From Candidatus Enterousia sp. (GTDB lineage Bacteria; Pseudomonadota; Alphaproteobacteria; Rs-D84): a DNA stretch of 64,000 nt. A model generated the notes under the pieces. It searched no databases. It was not told where the DNA came from and saw only the letters and a list, made by a program, of their open reading frames with translations. Of this stretch, positions 38,056-48,417 are shown in pieces. The position numbers and the translations under genes were made by a program. How positions within the stretch are numbered: the first letter of the stretch is position 1; every line of letters starts with the position of its first letter. The stretch is taken from contig JAZRGB010000023.1 in assembly GCA_045643965.1 (NCBI GenBank), positions 12,137 to 76,136 on the forward strand, written 5' to 3'.

Positions 38056-38646
38056 ATGATTGGAAAATTGCAAGGCATTGTTGACTATATCGGCGATGGA
38101 TTTATTATTTTGTTGGTTCATGGTGTCGGGTACAAGGTTTTTACCGCAGAATACCTGACCCACAAATCGACGGTGGAACTGTGGATTGAAACGATTGTCC
38201 GTGAAGATTCAATTCGCTTGTTTGGTTTTTCAACCCTGCAATCCCAAGATTTATTTAATATGCTGACTGGCGTATCTGGCGTTGGTCCAAAGGTTGCATT
38301 GGCAATAATGGGTACGATAAAATCTGATACTTTGATTTCTGCAATTGCAACAGGCGATGCAAAAACAATTGCCACCGCCCCAGGTGTTGGCAAAAAGATG
38401 GCTGAAAAAATTATCGTTGAATTAAAGAACAAGGTTGGCGGTGCATCTGCCACATTATTTGCATCTGACGTATCGGTTGGTGCCACATCATCTGCCCTGC
38501 CAGATTTATTAATGGCATTGGAATCATTGGGTTATCGCAGACTTGATATAATTGAAATGGCCCAAAAACTGGTAAATGAAAATCCAGATTACGATGTATC
38601 AAAACTGGTCCCAATGGCATTAAAAGAAATTAGTAAAGGAAAATAA
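38056..38646 (+). CDS. ruvA: Holliday junction branch migration complex subunit RuvA
   Basis: MIGKLQGIVDYIGDGFIILLVHGVGYKV (OB domain) and HhH motifs (LTGVSGVGPKVALAIM / PGVGKKMAEKII). Confidence 0.9.
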   Translation: MIGKLQGIVDYIGDGFIILLVHGVGYKVFTAEYLTHKSTVELWIETIVREDSIRLFGFSTLQSQDLFNMLTGVSGVGPKVALAIMGTIKSDTLISAIATGDAKTIATAPGVGKKMAEKIIVELKNKVGGASATLFASDVSVGATSSALPDLLMALESLGYRRLDIIEMAQKLVNENPDYDVSKLVPMALKEISKGK

Positions 38647-38674
38647 AAAATGCCCCAGTGGGGCATTTTTTATT
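38646..38674. terminator. Bidirectional Rho-independent terminator
   Basis: aaaaatgccccagtggggcatttttt between ruvA and the convergent ABC transporter gene. Confidence 0.75.
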
Positions 38675-40466
38675 CACCAACAAAACCACCAGTTTGCATT
38701 TTCCACAACTTGCTGTATGCACCCCCAGAACGCAACAGTTGTGCATGTGTTCCAGATTCAACAATACGCCCCTTGTCCAAGACAATAATTCTGTCCATAT
38801 TACGCAATGTTGATAATCTGTGTGCAATTGCAATTGTTGTTTTACCACGCATCACGGTCTTTAATGATTTTTGTATCAGCAATTCATTTTCAGAATCCAA
38901 TGCAGATGTTGCTTCGTCCAAAATCAACACTGGTGAATCTTTTAATATTGCACGTGCAATTGCAATACGCTGACGCTGACCACCAGACAATTTAATACCA
39001 CGATTTCCAACCAATGTATTATATCCATCTGGTAAACCACTGATAAAATCGTGAATATTTGCCTTTTTGGCAGCCTTGATAACATCCATCTTGCTGGCAC
39101 TTGGACGTGCATATTTAATATTTTCCAACAGCGATCTATTAAACAAAACTGCTTCTTGTGGCACAAAAGATATATTCTTGTGCAAAGAATCCTGTTTAAC
39201 ATCACGAACATCATATCCATCAATTTTTATTGCACCAGATTTAACGTCGTATGCACGCAAAATCAAATTGACCAGCGTTGTTTTTCCTGCCCCAGACAAT
39301 CCAACAATACCGATTTTTTCACGTGGGCTAACATTTAAATCAAAATGTTTTATAACATCTTTTTTACCATAGTTAAATGACACATCATCAAATTCTATTT
39401 CACCATGAACATTTTTCAAACTCTTGGCACGTGATGCATCAACAATTGAACACGGCAAAATAATATCTGTATATGCATGAATTGCTTTTGTTTTTTCTTC
39501 ACTGTACGCAACCATAACTTCTATCAAAGAATCAAACGCCCTGGCAATTGAACGTCCTGCTGCAAAAACAAACATACCGTCAGCCAATGACATAGTGCCC
39601 ATTTTAATAAAATACCAACACATCAGAATCAAAGACAAACAAAGAGCAAACCACAATATTTGTGACGGTCTGTCTTGCATACGACGCAAGAATCCAATTT
39701 TATGATCCAGTTTTATTGATTCTTCTTGTTGATTCCAAATATATTTATTTTCATATTCGATATTACCAAACAGTTTTGCAGTCAATGCATTTCCCAAACT
39801 GTCTGTTCGAATACCTGAAATCTTTGCCCTGACATCTTGTGCTTTTTTTTGTTCAGCATTAATTTTACGTTGCCAAATAAATCGCCAACCTGTACGCAAG
39901 ACTGCTGCAACAACAATCATCAGTGCAATCCAAACATTTTGAAATAATACACCCACAGACAAAACCAACATACCCAGCACCAGTTTTATAACGCTTGTAT
40001 AAAATTCCAATGTCAACGAATTTAAACCGTTACAAACTGTTCCCATTTGACTGATTACCTGCCCCGAAGACCTGTTTATAAAAAAGTCTGTATCATTTTT
40101 ATAAACACGTTTATACAAAACAAAACTGGCATAGCGTGATATAATCGGCCGCCAATAATGATTCATATATTGCCTTATAAATCCAATCAGCATAATCGTC
40201 AGGTATATTCCTACAATCCACCAAACTTTTTGATTCCATTGTCCAACAACAGCACTTTCAAATATTTGAACTGCCCACTTATTTGTATATGGGAACGTCA
40301 CATTATCGAACATATAACCTGCAATTATTGTGATTCCTGCAACAATATAAAACAGCGGAAACCGTTTTATAACAGACCAATAAAATCCAAACACTGTCGC
40401 TGAAAAATCAGTTATATTTGCATTTTGTTGTTGCTCTTTGTTTTTATGAAAAATTTTACGAAACAT
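38670..40466 (-). CDS. ABC transporter, fused permease/ATP-binding protein (MsbA/multidrug exporter-like)
   Basis: 6-TM N-terminal domain plus NBD (GLSGAGKTTLVNLI Walker A, LSGGQRQRIAIARAIL signature, ILILDEATSALD Walker B). Confidence 0.85.
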   Translation of the reverse strand: MFRKIFHKNKEQQQNANITDFSATVFGFYWSVIKRFPLFYIVAGITIIAGYMFDNVTFPYTNKWAVQIFESAVVGQWNQKVWWIVGIYLTIMLIGFIRQYMNHYWRPIISRYASFVLYKRVYKNDTDFFINRSSGQVISQMGTVCNGLNSLTLEFYTSVIKLVLGMLVLSVGVLFQNVWIALMIVVAAVLRTGWRFIWQRKINAEQKKAQDVRAKISGIRTDSLGNALTAKLFGNIEYENKYIWNQQEESIKLDHKIGFLRRMQDRPSQILWFALCLSLILMCWYFIKMGTMSLADGMFVFAAGRSIARAFDSLIEVMVAYSEEKTKAIHAYTDIILPCSIVDASRAKSLKNVHGEIEFDDVSFNYGKKDVIKHFDLNVSPREKIGIVGLSGAGKTTLVNLILRAYDVKSGAIKIDGYDVRDVKQDSLHKNISFVPQEAVLFNRSLLENIKYARPSASKMDVIKAAKKANIHDFISGLPDGYNTLVGNRGIKLSGGQRQRIAIARAILKDSPVLILDEATSALDSENELLIQKSLKTVMRGKTTIAIAHRLSTLRNMDRIIVLDKGRIVESGTHAQLLRSGGAYSKLWKMQTGGFVGE

Positions 40467-40641
40467 TAGACCCCCTTTTTTGTCACCAGCACAATATCTA
40501 CTAAAATCAACATGTTAATTCAAGCGATATTTGACAAAAATTGACAAATAAATAATTTGACTTTTCTCTCTTTTCGTTTATACTGATTATATCACAAAAC
40601 AAATAACAAGAAAACTTTCTTGTACATACGTTATCAACACA

Positions 40642-41970
40642 ATGAACAATAACGATACAATCTTTGCATTATCAAGCGGACATGGAAAATCAGGTGTTTC
40701 AGTAATTCGTATTTCTGGCGAAAACTTATCTGATATATTTTCAACATTTATAAACAAATCAGATTTTACACCACGCCATGCATATTTTACAAATCTGCGT
40801 GATGAAACCGGTGATTTAATTGATCAGTGTTTGGCAATCTACTTTCCTGCCCCAAATTCTTTTACAGGCGAAGATGTTATCGAACTGCATACACACGGTG
40901 CACCTGCGGTTATAAATAAAGTCTTTGATTTTTTACAGACAAAAAATATGCGTATGGCAACACCTGGGGAATTTTCCAAACGTGCATTTTACAACAATAA
41001 AATGGACTTGGCCGACGTTGATGGACTGGCGGCACTGTTAGACGCCCAAACAGACATGCAACGCAAACACGCACTGCGTTCAATGATGGGTTCTGACAGT
41101 CGTGTATATAACGCATGGCGAAACAAAATGATAGAAGTGTCCGCATACGCCGCAGCAATTCTTGATTACAGCCCAGATGATTTACCTGCAAATATCTGTG
41201 ACACGGTTCGCACGCACGCAGAACAATTATTTGATGAAATCGGCAACGCATTATTACAATACAAAACCGCACGCAGTATTCGTGGTGGAATAAATGTTGT
41301 ACTGGCTGGTGAAACAAATGTTGGAAAATCATCAATCTTTAATTATATCGTTGGTTCAAATCGTGCAATTGTATCTGATATTGCCGGTACAACACGCGAT
41401 GTTGTGTCCGCCACCGTTGACATTGATGGATTTATGGTAAACCTGTCTGACACCGCGGGCATTCGTGAAACATCTGACACGATTGAAAGCATTGGTATTG
41501 AACGCACAATGTCTGAAATTGAAAACGCAGATATTGTTCTGAACGTTTATACCCCAAACAATGTTCCAGATTTTGAAACATTTGATTCGCGTATCGGTCC
41601 AAATCCAAACATTGATATTGTAAATAAATCAGACACAATTGATATTGATGATATAAACAAGCGTTATAACACAATATATGTATCTGCCAAGACAGGCGAT
41701 GGCATGGAACAGTTAATGGACACACTGCGTCACACAATCCATGAAATGTTTGACGGTGCAGAATCTGCCCTGTGTGTAAACGCACGCACAAAAACATTAT
41801 TGGAATCTGCACACAGCGAACTTGGGAACGCGATTGCATCTGGCGACAATTATGACATATTTGCAGAACACACACGTCGTGCTGCAGATGCGATTGGGAA
41901 AATACTTGGCACCATCACAGCGGCCGAAGTTATGGATATGACATTCGGACAACTGTGTCTGGGAAAATAA
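40642..41970 (+). CDS. mnmE: tRNA modification GTPase MnmE
   Basis: N-terminal TIFALSSGHGKSGVSVIRISG, G-domain GETNVGKSSIFN...DTAGIRE, and the C-terminal …CLGK tail. Confidence 0.92.
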   Translation: MNNNDTIFALSSGHGKSGVSVIRISGENLSDIFSTFINKSDFTPRHAYFTNLRDETGDLIDQCLAIYFPAPNSFTGEDVIELHTHGAPAVINKVFDFLQTKNMRMATPGEFSKRAFYNNKMDLADVDGLAALLDAQTDMQRKHALRSMMGSDSRVYNAWRNKMIEVSAYAAAILDYSPDDLPANICDTVRTHAEQLFDEIGNALLQYKTARSIRGGINVVLAGETNVGKSSIFNYIVGSNRAIVSDIAGTTRDVVSATVDIDGFMVNLSDTAGIRETSDTIESIGIERTMSEIENADIVLNVYTPNNVPDFETFDSRIGPNPNIDIVNKSDTIDIDDINKRYNTIYVSAKTGDGMEQLMDTLRHTIHEMFDGAESALCVNARTKTLLESAHSELGNAIASGDNYDIFAEHTRRAADAIGKILGTITAAEVMDMTFGQLCLGK

Positions 41971-41975
41971 AAAAC

Positions 41976-42004
41976 AAAAAAATCCCCAAAACGGGGAATT
42001 TTTT
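41976..42004 (+). terminator. Rho-independent terminator of mnmE
   Basis: aaaaaatccccaaaacggggaatttttt. Confidence 0.8.
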
Positions 42005-42006
42005 AT

Positions 42007-42110
42007 AAAATTAAAGATAATGATATAGATACGAACAACCCCGAAACCGTAGTGTACAGAAGTTACATGAGGTTTCGGGGTTGTTTGTAGATATGCCATT
42101 AGATTTAATT
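42007..42110. repeat. Palindromic hairpin element (E5), type-II termini
   Basis: aaaattaaagataatgatatagat | stem acgaacaaccccgaaacc / ggtttcggggttgtttgt (18 bp) | core GTAGTGTACAGAAGTTACATGA (42049-42070) | agatatgccattagatttaatt. It abuts the fadD-like stop (tta 42111-13). Confidence 0.75.
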
Positions 42111-43691
42111 TTACTCGTGACGGTCTGGGTATTTGCCCTCAATCAAATTCTTGCGAACCTGATGATGTTTTACCTTTTGCGTACCGGTTAATGGCAAATC
42201 TTCGGTTGTCATTGCATAGTGTGTAACCCACTTGTAACTTGCAACCTTTTTATTTGCAGCAGCAATTTCCGCACCCAGCTGTTCTAATGTCACACCTTCT
42301 TCAACACTGAACACACCGTATGTAACAGTTTTATCTTTTACAACATGTTCAAATACTGCGACATTTTTTACACCTGGGATTGTGATAAACATGCCTTCCA
42401 GTTCGTCTGGATAAACATTTTTACCACTATCTAAAACGATAACCTGCTTTTTACGACCTGCAAAATGCAATTCGCCGTTTTTATCCATTGTAACCATGTC
42501 ACCTGTATTAAAGAATCCACGTTCATCAAAGATTTCTTTGTTGGCTTCTTCGTTGTTCAAGTAACCACCAAACACCTGATGACCACGCAACCACAGAACA
42601 CCAACGCCATCTTCGTTTTTATCACGAATTTCGCATTCATTGTTCAATGTTGGTGCACCGAACGCAAATGGGAAACGTTTCTTTGTTGGTTTGGAAATAC
42701 AGATTGGTCCAACTGTTTCTGTCAAACCATAGCCCTGAATAAATGTCAGCCCCAAACGTTCATAGAATGTTTCAACTTCTGGTTTTGTTGCAGCACCACC
42801 TGCAATCAACAGACGTGCACGACCACCAAACACATCCAGAATTGGTTTCTGAACCTTACGTACCAAGAAGCCAAGACCGATTTTGTTCAACACTTTACCA
42901 TACTTTAATACAAAAGATACCAATCCCCATTTCTTTTGTGCCTTTACATTATCGATGATTTTATTACGGAAAACTTCCCATAATCTTGGTACCGCAGGGA
43001 TAACTTGTGGACGGAATTTCTTAAAGTCAGCCATAATTTCTTTTGGATTGATTGTTGGCTGCAACAGAACGCCCGCACCATAATGCAGCGTTGCCAAGAT
43101 TTCAACTGCAAAACCAAACACATGATACATTGGCAAGAAACCATACAGATAATCCCCTGGTTTAATCCATTCTGCCATTGATTCCAAAGAATTTGTACAT
43201 TCAACAATATTAAAGTGTGTTAATGGCACAACCTTTGGCACACCGGTTGATCCAGATGTAAATGACATTGTTGCGATATCCAAAGATTCAACATTTGCAG
43301 GTTTTAATTCTGGTTTAACCTTGCCGTCTTTTTTGGTTATATCATAGAATTTAAATTTGCTGGTCTTGTACACAAAAGACTTTTCTGCACAAACCATATG
43401 ACAGTTTGTAGTTGATGTCATATTATCATATTCAAATGGAGTCAGATTTGTATCCAACAATAACACTGTTCCACCCAAATACCAAATTGCAAACATTGTA
43501 ATTGGAAATTCTGGGATATTGTGTGCCAAGATACCAACCACATCACCTTTTTTAACACCGGCTGCATCCAACGATGCGGCACGTGCCTTTACCAAGTTAA
43601 TGAAATCTTTGTATTTAACGCCCTCGCGAACCAGATATAAATTGTCTGGCCATGTTTGTGCTGTGCGTTCCAGTAACTGATACATATTCAT
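42111..43691 (-). CDS. Long-chain-fatty-acid--CoA ligase (AMP-binding enzyme family)
   Basis: AMP-binding motif MSFTSGSTGVPKVV, and …GYGLTET… / …NTGDM… family motifs. 526 aa. Confidence 0.8.
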   Translation of the reverse strand: MNMYQLLERTAQTWPDNLYLVREGVKYKDFINLVKARAASLDAAGVKKGDVVGILAHNIPEFPITMFAIWYLGGTVLLLDTNLTPFEYDNMTSTTNCHMVCAEKSFVYKTSKFKFYDITKKDGKVKPELKPANVESLDIATMSFTSGSTGVPKVVPLTHFNIVECTNSLESMAEWIKPGDYLYGFLPMYHVFGFAVEILATLHYGAGVLLQPTINPKEIMADFKKFRPQVIPAVPRLWEVFRNKIIDNVKAQKKWGLVSFVLKYGKVLNKIGLGFLVRKVQKPILDVFGGRARLLIAGGAATKPEVETFYERLGLTFIQGYGLTETVGPICISKPTKKRFPFAFGAPTLNNECEIRDKNEDGVGVLWLRGHQVFGGYLNNEEANKEIFDERGFFNTGDMVTMDKNGELHFAGRKKQVIVLDSGKNVYPDELEGMFITIPGVKNVAVFEHVVKDKTVTYGVFSVEEGVTLEQLGAEIAAANKKVASYKWVTHYAMTTEDLPLTGTQKVKHHQVRKNLIEGKYPDRHE

Positions 43692-43761
43692 AGTTAAAAT
43701 TCCTTGTTGTTTTTATATTGGACACCCGTTATTATACAGAACAAGAAACAGGAAAGCAAAC

Positions 43762-44532
43762 ATGAAAATACTTACATTAAATATTAACTCTATCCGTGCC
43801 CATATTGAAAGTTTTATTGATATTTTACGCAGTGGCGAATACGACACAATCATGGTCCAAGAATTAAAGGTCGAAACTGCGAACTTTCCACATATGGTTT
43901 TTGATGAATTTGGATATAACGTAAAGGTTTTCGGACAAAAGTCTTGGAACGGTGTTGCTGTATTTTCTAAATATTCCATTGAAGATGTGACAATGGGATT
44001 ACCAACATATCCCGATGTTAACGCACGTTTTATCGAATGTGTTATTGATGGTCAAGTACGTTTAATAAACGTGTATATGCCAAATGGGGATTTGGTAACA
44101 TCACCAAAATTTCCATATAAACTGGAATGGATGAACGCATTTACAAAATATATTGAACAATATTTAAACAGCCCAGAACCAGTAATAATCGGCGGTGATT
44201 TTAATGTTGCAATCGAAGACAGGGATATCTGGAAACCAAAAAATTATGAAGGTGTTGCAATTTCTGCCCCCCAGGCACGCAGTATTATGAACGATTGGTT
44301 AAATTCTGGCTGGATGGACGCATGGCGTACCCTGCACCCAGACACAATTGATTACACATGGTATGGATACCGTGGCCGTGACACCGTTGGCAATAAACAA
44401 GGCCTGCGTCTTGATTATTTCTTGTGCAATAAAACGGCCGCAAAAATGGTAAAGAATTGCGAAATCGACATTGAACCACGATTGGCAGAAAAACCAACCG
44501 ACCATTGTGGCTTAATGTTGGAATTAAAATAA
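43762..44532 (+). CDS. xth: Exodeoxyribonuclease III
   Basis: MKILTLNINSIRAH…VQELK…, an EEP-family AP endonuclease. 256 aa. Confidence 0.9.
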   Translation: MKILTLNINSIRAHIESFIDILRSGEYDTIMVQELKVETANFPHMVFDEFGYNVKVFGQKSWNGVAVFSKYSIEDVTMGLPTYPDVNARFIECVIDGQVRLINVYMPNGDLVTSPKFPYKLEWMNAFTKYIEQYLNSPEPVIIGGDFNVAIEDRDIWKPKNYEGVAISAPQARSIMNDWLNSGWMDAWRTLHPDTIDYTWYGYRGRDTVGNKQGLRLDYFLCNKTAAKMVKNCEIDIEPRLAEKPTDHCGLMLELK

Positions 44533-47034
44533 TCACACTCTTTTTAAATCATCATATTGACGATATTTTTTATCACTTGTTTCGTGATATTCATAGCCTG
44601 CCCCACCAGCAGAATAAATATTAAATAACTCTGTCGTCTTGGCAACAGCCGCATTTATCATCTGTTGTGTTATCTGTTCATCATATTCAATTACACGAAC
44701 GTCATTATTTTTCAGTTGTAAAAATTTCATAATTGGTGCTGATGACAATGGACTGGTCTGAATTTTAAATCCACCAGATTGCAACATAAACGCTTCTAAT
44801 GGTAATTGTGGCATATTTCCATCCAACAATTGTTTTTTTGTTGGTGCCGCACCTGTTTTAAAATCCATAACCCCACCATCCCAAACCAAGTCTGCACGGG
44901 CACGAACATTACGACCAGCGATTTTAATTCCACCACTAAATTCAGATTTTGCATTTTGAATTTTTGACAGTTCTGTTGCAACCACAGGTGCAATTTCTAA
45001 AAATCTTTTATGCCAGAAATGGAATAACACACTGCCCCGCCCTAATTTTTCAAGTGCGGCAGCATCCATTTTTGCAACCAAAACATCTGGACGTAAATCT
45101 GTTGCATTTTCAATAACACCATGCACCAGATTTCCAAACGTTCGTGCATCTGGACCAATCCAGTAATCATCTAAAACACGCAATTTCAAAATATGTTTCA
45201 CATAATACGCATACGGATTATGAATCAAATATTCTAAATCAGTAACATAAACATCAGACCAATCCGCAGGCGGTGTTGGCACAGAATCAATCAACGGACA
45301 ATACGGAACATCATCCATACTTGCGATATCCGCAACTATATTTTTACCTGCGTCTAAATCAATTTTTGCACGTCTTGCAATCACACGTGATAAAAATCTG
45401 GACTCTGTCGTCTGAACCCCACCAGACACGGTTGAACGCGTCCAAAACACCCGCTTTGCACACGACAGATTCATAAAATCCAATGCCTGTAATGATACTT
45501 TTCTGTTTGGTGAAGGTAATCCAATTTCCATTGCAACACGTTTTGGCAACCATGCGTTTTCATATCCAGTTGACGGGAACATCCCATCATTAAGCCCTGT
45601 TAAAATTACAACATCTGCTGTCTGCATACGCGATTCAATCGTCCCCAACACAATAACACGTGCGTCTGGTTTCATCGCATTTCGTTGCGATGCGGTTGAA
45701 ATTGCATCTGCGACAAAACTGCGTGCATCTGACAATGTCAGTTTTACATCTGCCATACTCAACGCATCAGACATCTTTTTTATTGCATTCCAAATCTGAA
45801 CACTTACATCATCGTCCACCGCAAATTTAGGCTTAAAATCGACCAAATTATCATCAACAATTTTTGCAATTGTATCAAACAGATTAAAATTACACTGTGT
45901 ATAAATCTTATCAAATTGACCACTGTTTGCCTCAATCCATGCATCCAACACATTTAATATTGCACGTCCCGTCAGCGTCATAGCCCCAGATATTGCAGCA
46001 GAAAAATCTGCATCAATACCAAATGTTTCGAACGCATTTGCAATTCGTTGATTTCCAGCCGCATCAGGCGTAATAATCAAAACAGATTTATTTTCATCCA
46101 CACATTGTTTGGCAATTTTTGCAACAGCCACTGCTTCTGTTGCTTCGCTGCAACATGTAACCAAACTGCAATGAGATAAATCATATTCATCAAATAAAAC
46201 ATTACAATCGTTTCCAAACGCATAATTCATAAAGTCAATCGCAGACGCCCCAACATCAATTGGAACAACATCATCAGCACACACACCAACACTTTCTAAA
46301 AACTTATGTTCTGCATTATATGGATTTGTATCCAACACAAAATCGGACACCCTGCCATTGATTTTACCAGACAAAATTATCCGTCCATGTGGCAACGCAT
46401 ATACCGCACGCATCAAATCAGCAGTTGCAGGAACACTGGCTGTTGAACCGCAAACAACAACCAACTTATACTTATGAAAATGATTAACCCAGTTACGAAT
46501 ATCTGCATTTCTGATTTGCACACTTGTCTTGCGTCCATTGGCGTACAGATTCATAAATTCAGACAAAATATTTAAAATTTTTGCCTTGTTCTGAAAATGA
46601 TTTGCATATTTTTCATCAACTAAATCTGGCCAGTCAACAGTTGCAGCATCAATACCTTCGTTTTCCAGATAATCTTGCATACGAATTAAATCACGTGCCA
46701 ACATTAATCCAGTAGATAAATTACCAACATTGGCATCTGCCGCCAACAACTTTGCCAACACCACCACACGTTCTGCATCTGATATTTCTGTTACCTGTTC
46801 TGAATCTGAAATTTCTTCATCTGCCCCATCACCCAATGGCACCAACATAGGCAACATTGCCACGCCACCAGATTTATCAGCAATTAATTTTTCCACACTA
46901 CGTACTGCACGACGACTGGGCAAGAATATCAACATATCAGACAAATCAACCCCAGAATTGTCGATTAAATTCCACAACGCATCCAAGATACGTGCAGGAT
47001 TTGTTGCATAAAAAATATTCTTATTTGATACCAA
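44533..47034 (-). CDS. addB: Double-strand break repair protein AddB (alphaproteobacterial type)
   Basis: 833 aa. C-terminal PD-(D/E)xK nuclease motifs (ARADLVWDGGVMDFKTGAAP ~ GRIDRID...DYKTG). There is no adjacent addA. Confidence 0.65.
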   Translation of the reverse strand: MVSNKNIFYATNPARILDALWNLIDNSGVDLSDMLIFLPSRRAVRSVEKLIADKSGGVAMLPMLVPLGDGADEEISDSEQVTEISDAERVVVLAKLLAADANVGNLSTGLMLARDLIRMQDYLENEGIDAATVDWPDLVDEKYANHFQNKAKILNILSEFMNLYANGRKTSVQIRNADIRNWVNHFHKYKLVVVCGSTASVPATADLMRAVYALPHGRIILSGKINGRVSDFVLDTNPYNAEHKFLESVGVCADDVVPIDVGASAIDFMNYAFGNDCNVLFDEYDLSHCSLVTCCSEATEAVAVAKIAKQCVDENKSVLIITPDAAGNQRIANAFETFGIDADFSAAISGAMTLTGRAILNVLDAWIEANSGQFDKIYTQCNFNLFDTIAKIVDDNLVDFKPKFAVDDDVSVQIWNAIKKMSDALSMADVKLTLSDARSFVADAISTASQRNAMKPDARVIVLGTIESRMQTADVVILTGLNDGMFPSTGYENAWLPKRVAMEIGLPSPNRKVSLQALDFMNLSCAKRVFWTRSTVSGGVQTTESRFLSRVIARRAKIDLDAGKNIVADIASMDDVPYCPLIDSVPTPPADWSDVYVTDLEYLIHNPYAYYVKHILKLRVLDDYWIGPDARTFGNLVHGVIENATDLRPDVLVAKMDAAALEKLGRGSVLFHFWHKRFLEIAPVVATELSKIQNAKSEFSGGIKIAGRNVRARADLVWDGGVMDFKTGAAPTKKQLLDGNMPQLPLEAFMLQSGGFKIQTSPLSSAPIMKFLQLKNNDVRVIEYDEQITQQMINAAVAKTTELFNIYSAGGAGYEYHETSDKKYRQYDDLKRV

Positions 47035-47575
47035 GTGTTTCCCTTAAACTCTCCAGACCAGTTTTCTTTTCTGCTGATGTATATAATATTTCTGGAATCA
47101 TTGCACCATGGTCAGTATGTTTAATTTCCATCTGATTTTTTTCACGAACTTTCTTGTCTTTCTTTGTATAAACAATCTGATAAGGTATTGCATTTGCATC
47201 ACAAAAATCCATCAAATCTAAATCAGAATCACGCACACCAATTCGCGAATCTATTAATATAAACAAACGCTTTAATTGGCTGCGATTTAACAAATAATCT
47301 TCCAATCTTTGCAGCCAGCGCATTGCATCTACTTTGGAAACTTTGGCATAACCATACCCTGGCAAATCGACAATCATTACCCTATCGTCTAAGTTAAACA
47401 GATTTAAACTTTGCGTACGGCCCGGCGTATTAGATGTACGTGCAATAACAGTTCCAACAATCGCATTTATCAATGAAGATTTACCCACATTACTGCGACC
47501 AATAAAAGCATATTCTGCAAATTGAGTCTTTGGCAACGATTTTACAGTTTCAAAACTGCCAACAAATTTAATCAT
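47021..47575 (-). CDS. engB: Ribosome biogenesis GTP-binding protein YihA/EngB
   Basis: GRSNVGKSSLINAI (G1) and DLPGYGYA (G3). 184 aa. Confidence 0.9.
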   Translation of the reverse strand: MIKFVGSFETVKSLPKTQFAEYAFIGRSNVGKSSLINAIVGTVIARTSNTPGRTQSLNLFNLDDRVMIVDLPGYGYAKVSKVDAMRWLQRLEDYLLNRSQLKRLFILIDSRIGVRDSDLDLMDFCDANAIPYQIVYTKKDKKVREKNQMEIKHTDHGAMIPEILYTSAEKKTGLESLRETLGIK

Positions 47576-48369
47576 TATTTATCCCCTGATTCTAATAATC
47601 TCTTGTATGCTTCTTTCTTAGATATTCCTGCACGCGATGCCAAATCTGCCGCCGCACTTTTCATCGATGTTGCTGCAATATCATTTACAATATTACTAAT
47701 TTCTTCATCTGTCATTTTATGTTCTGGACGCGGACCGACAACAATAACAATTTCACCACGTGGCGGTGTTATATTCATCAAATCAGAAGGATACCCAACA
47801 ATTGTTTCTTCGTACATTTTTGTAATTTCACGAACGATTGCAATTTTGCGTTCTGGCATAACGCGTGCAAAAGACGCAATTGTATTCATAACACGATTTG
47901 GACTTTCATAATAAATTATTGTATGCGGTATTTTATTATCATCACGTAATTTCTTTTCATCAAAAAACCCACAGAACGTAAATCTGTCTGTTGGGAACCC
48001 AGACAACACCAACGCAGAAATTGCCGCCACAGGTCCCGGAACAACAAAAACAGACACCCCCGCTTCACGTGCCGCCCGCACCAATCTGAACCCTGGGTCA
48101 CTGATTCCTGGCATACCTGCATCACTGACCGCTGCAATTGCAAGTCCATTTTGCATTTTTTCAATCAATTCTGGCACTACATCACGTTCATTATGTTCAT
48201 GACAAGAAATACGCTTTGTTTTTATATCAAAATGTGATGCCAACTTACCAAAAACACGTGTATCTTCTGCAGCGATTAAATCGACAGACTGTAAAACTTC
48301 AATCGCACGTGGCGACATATCAGACAAATTTCCAATTGGCGTACCAACAATATAAAGCCCTGATTGCAT
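47575..48369 (-). CDS. rsmI: 16S rRNA (cytidine1402-2'-O)-methyltransferase RsmI
   Basis: LYIVGTPIGNLSDMSPRAIEVLQSVDLIAAEDTR, tetrapyrrole-methylase fold. 264 aa. Confidence 0.9.
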   Translation of the reverse strand: MQSGLYIVGTPIGNLSDMSPRAIEVLQSVDLIAAEDTRVFGKLASHFDIKTKRISCHEHNERDVVPELIEKMQNGLAIAAVSDAGMPGISDPGFRLVRAAREAGVSVFVVPGPVAAISALVLSGFPTDRFTFCGFFDEKKLRDDNKIPHTIIYYESPNRVMNTIASFARVMPERKIAIVREITKMYEETIVGYPSDLMNITPPRGEIVIVVGPRPEHKMTDEEISNIVNDIAATSMKSAAADLASRAGISKKEAYKRLLESGDK

Positions 48370-48417
48370 TTAGAATCCTTTTATAGTAAAATGATACAAA
48401 ATAAAATGGATTTTTCA

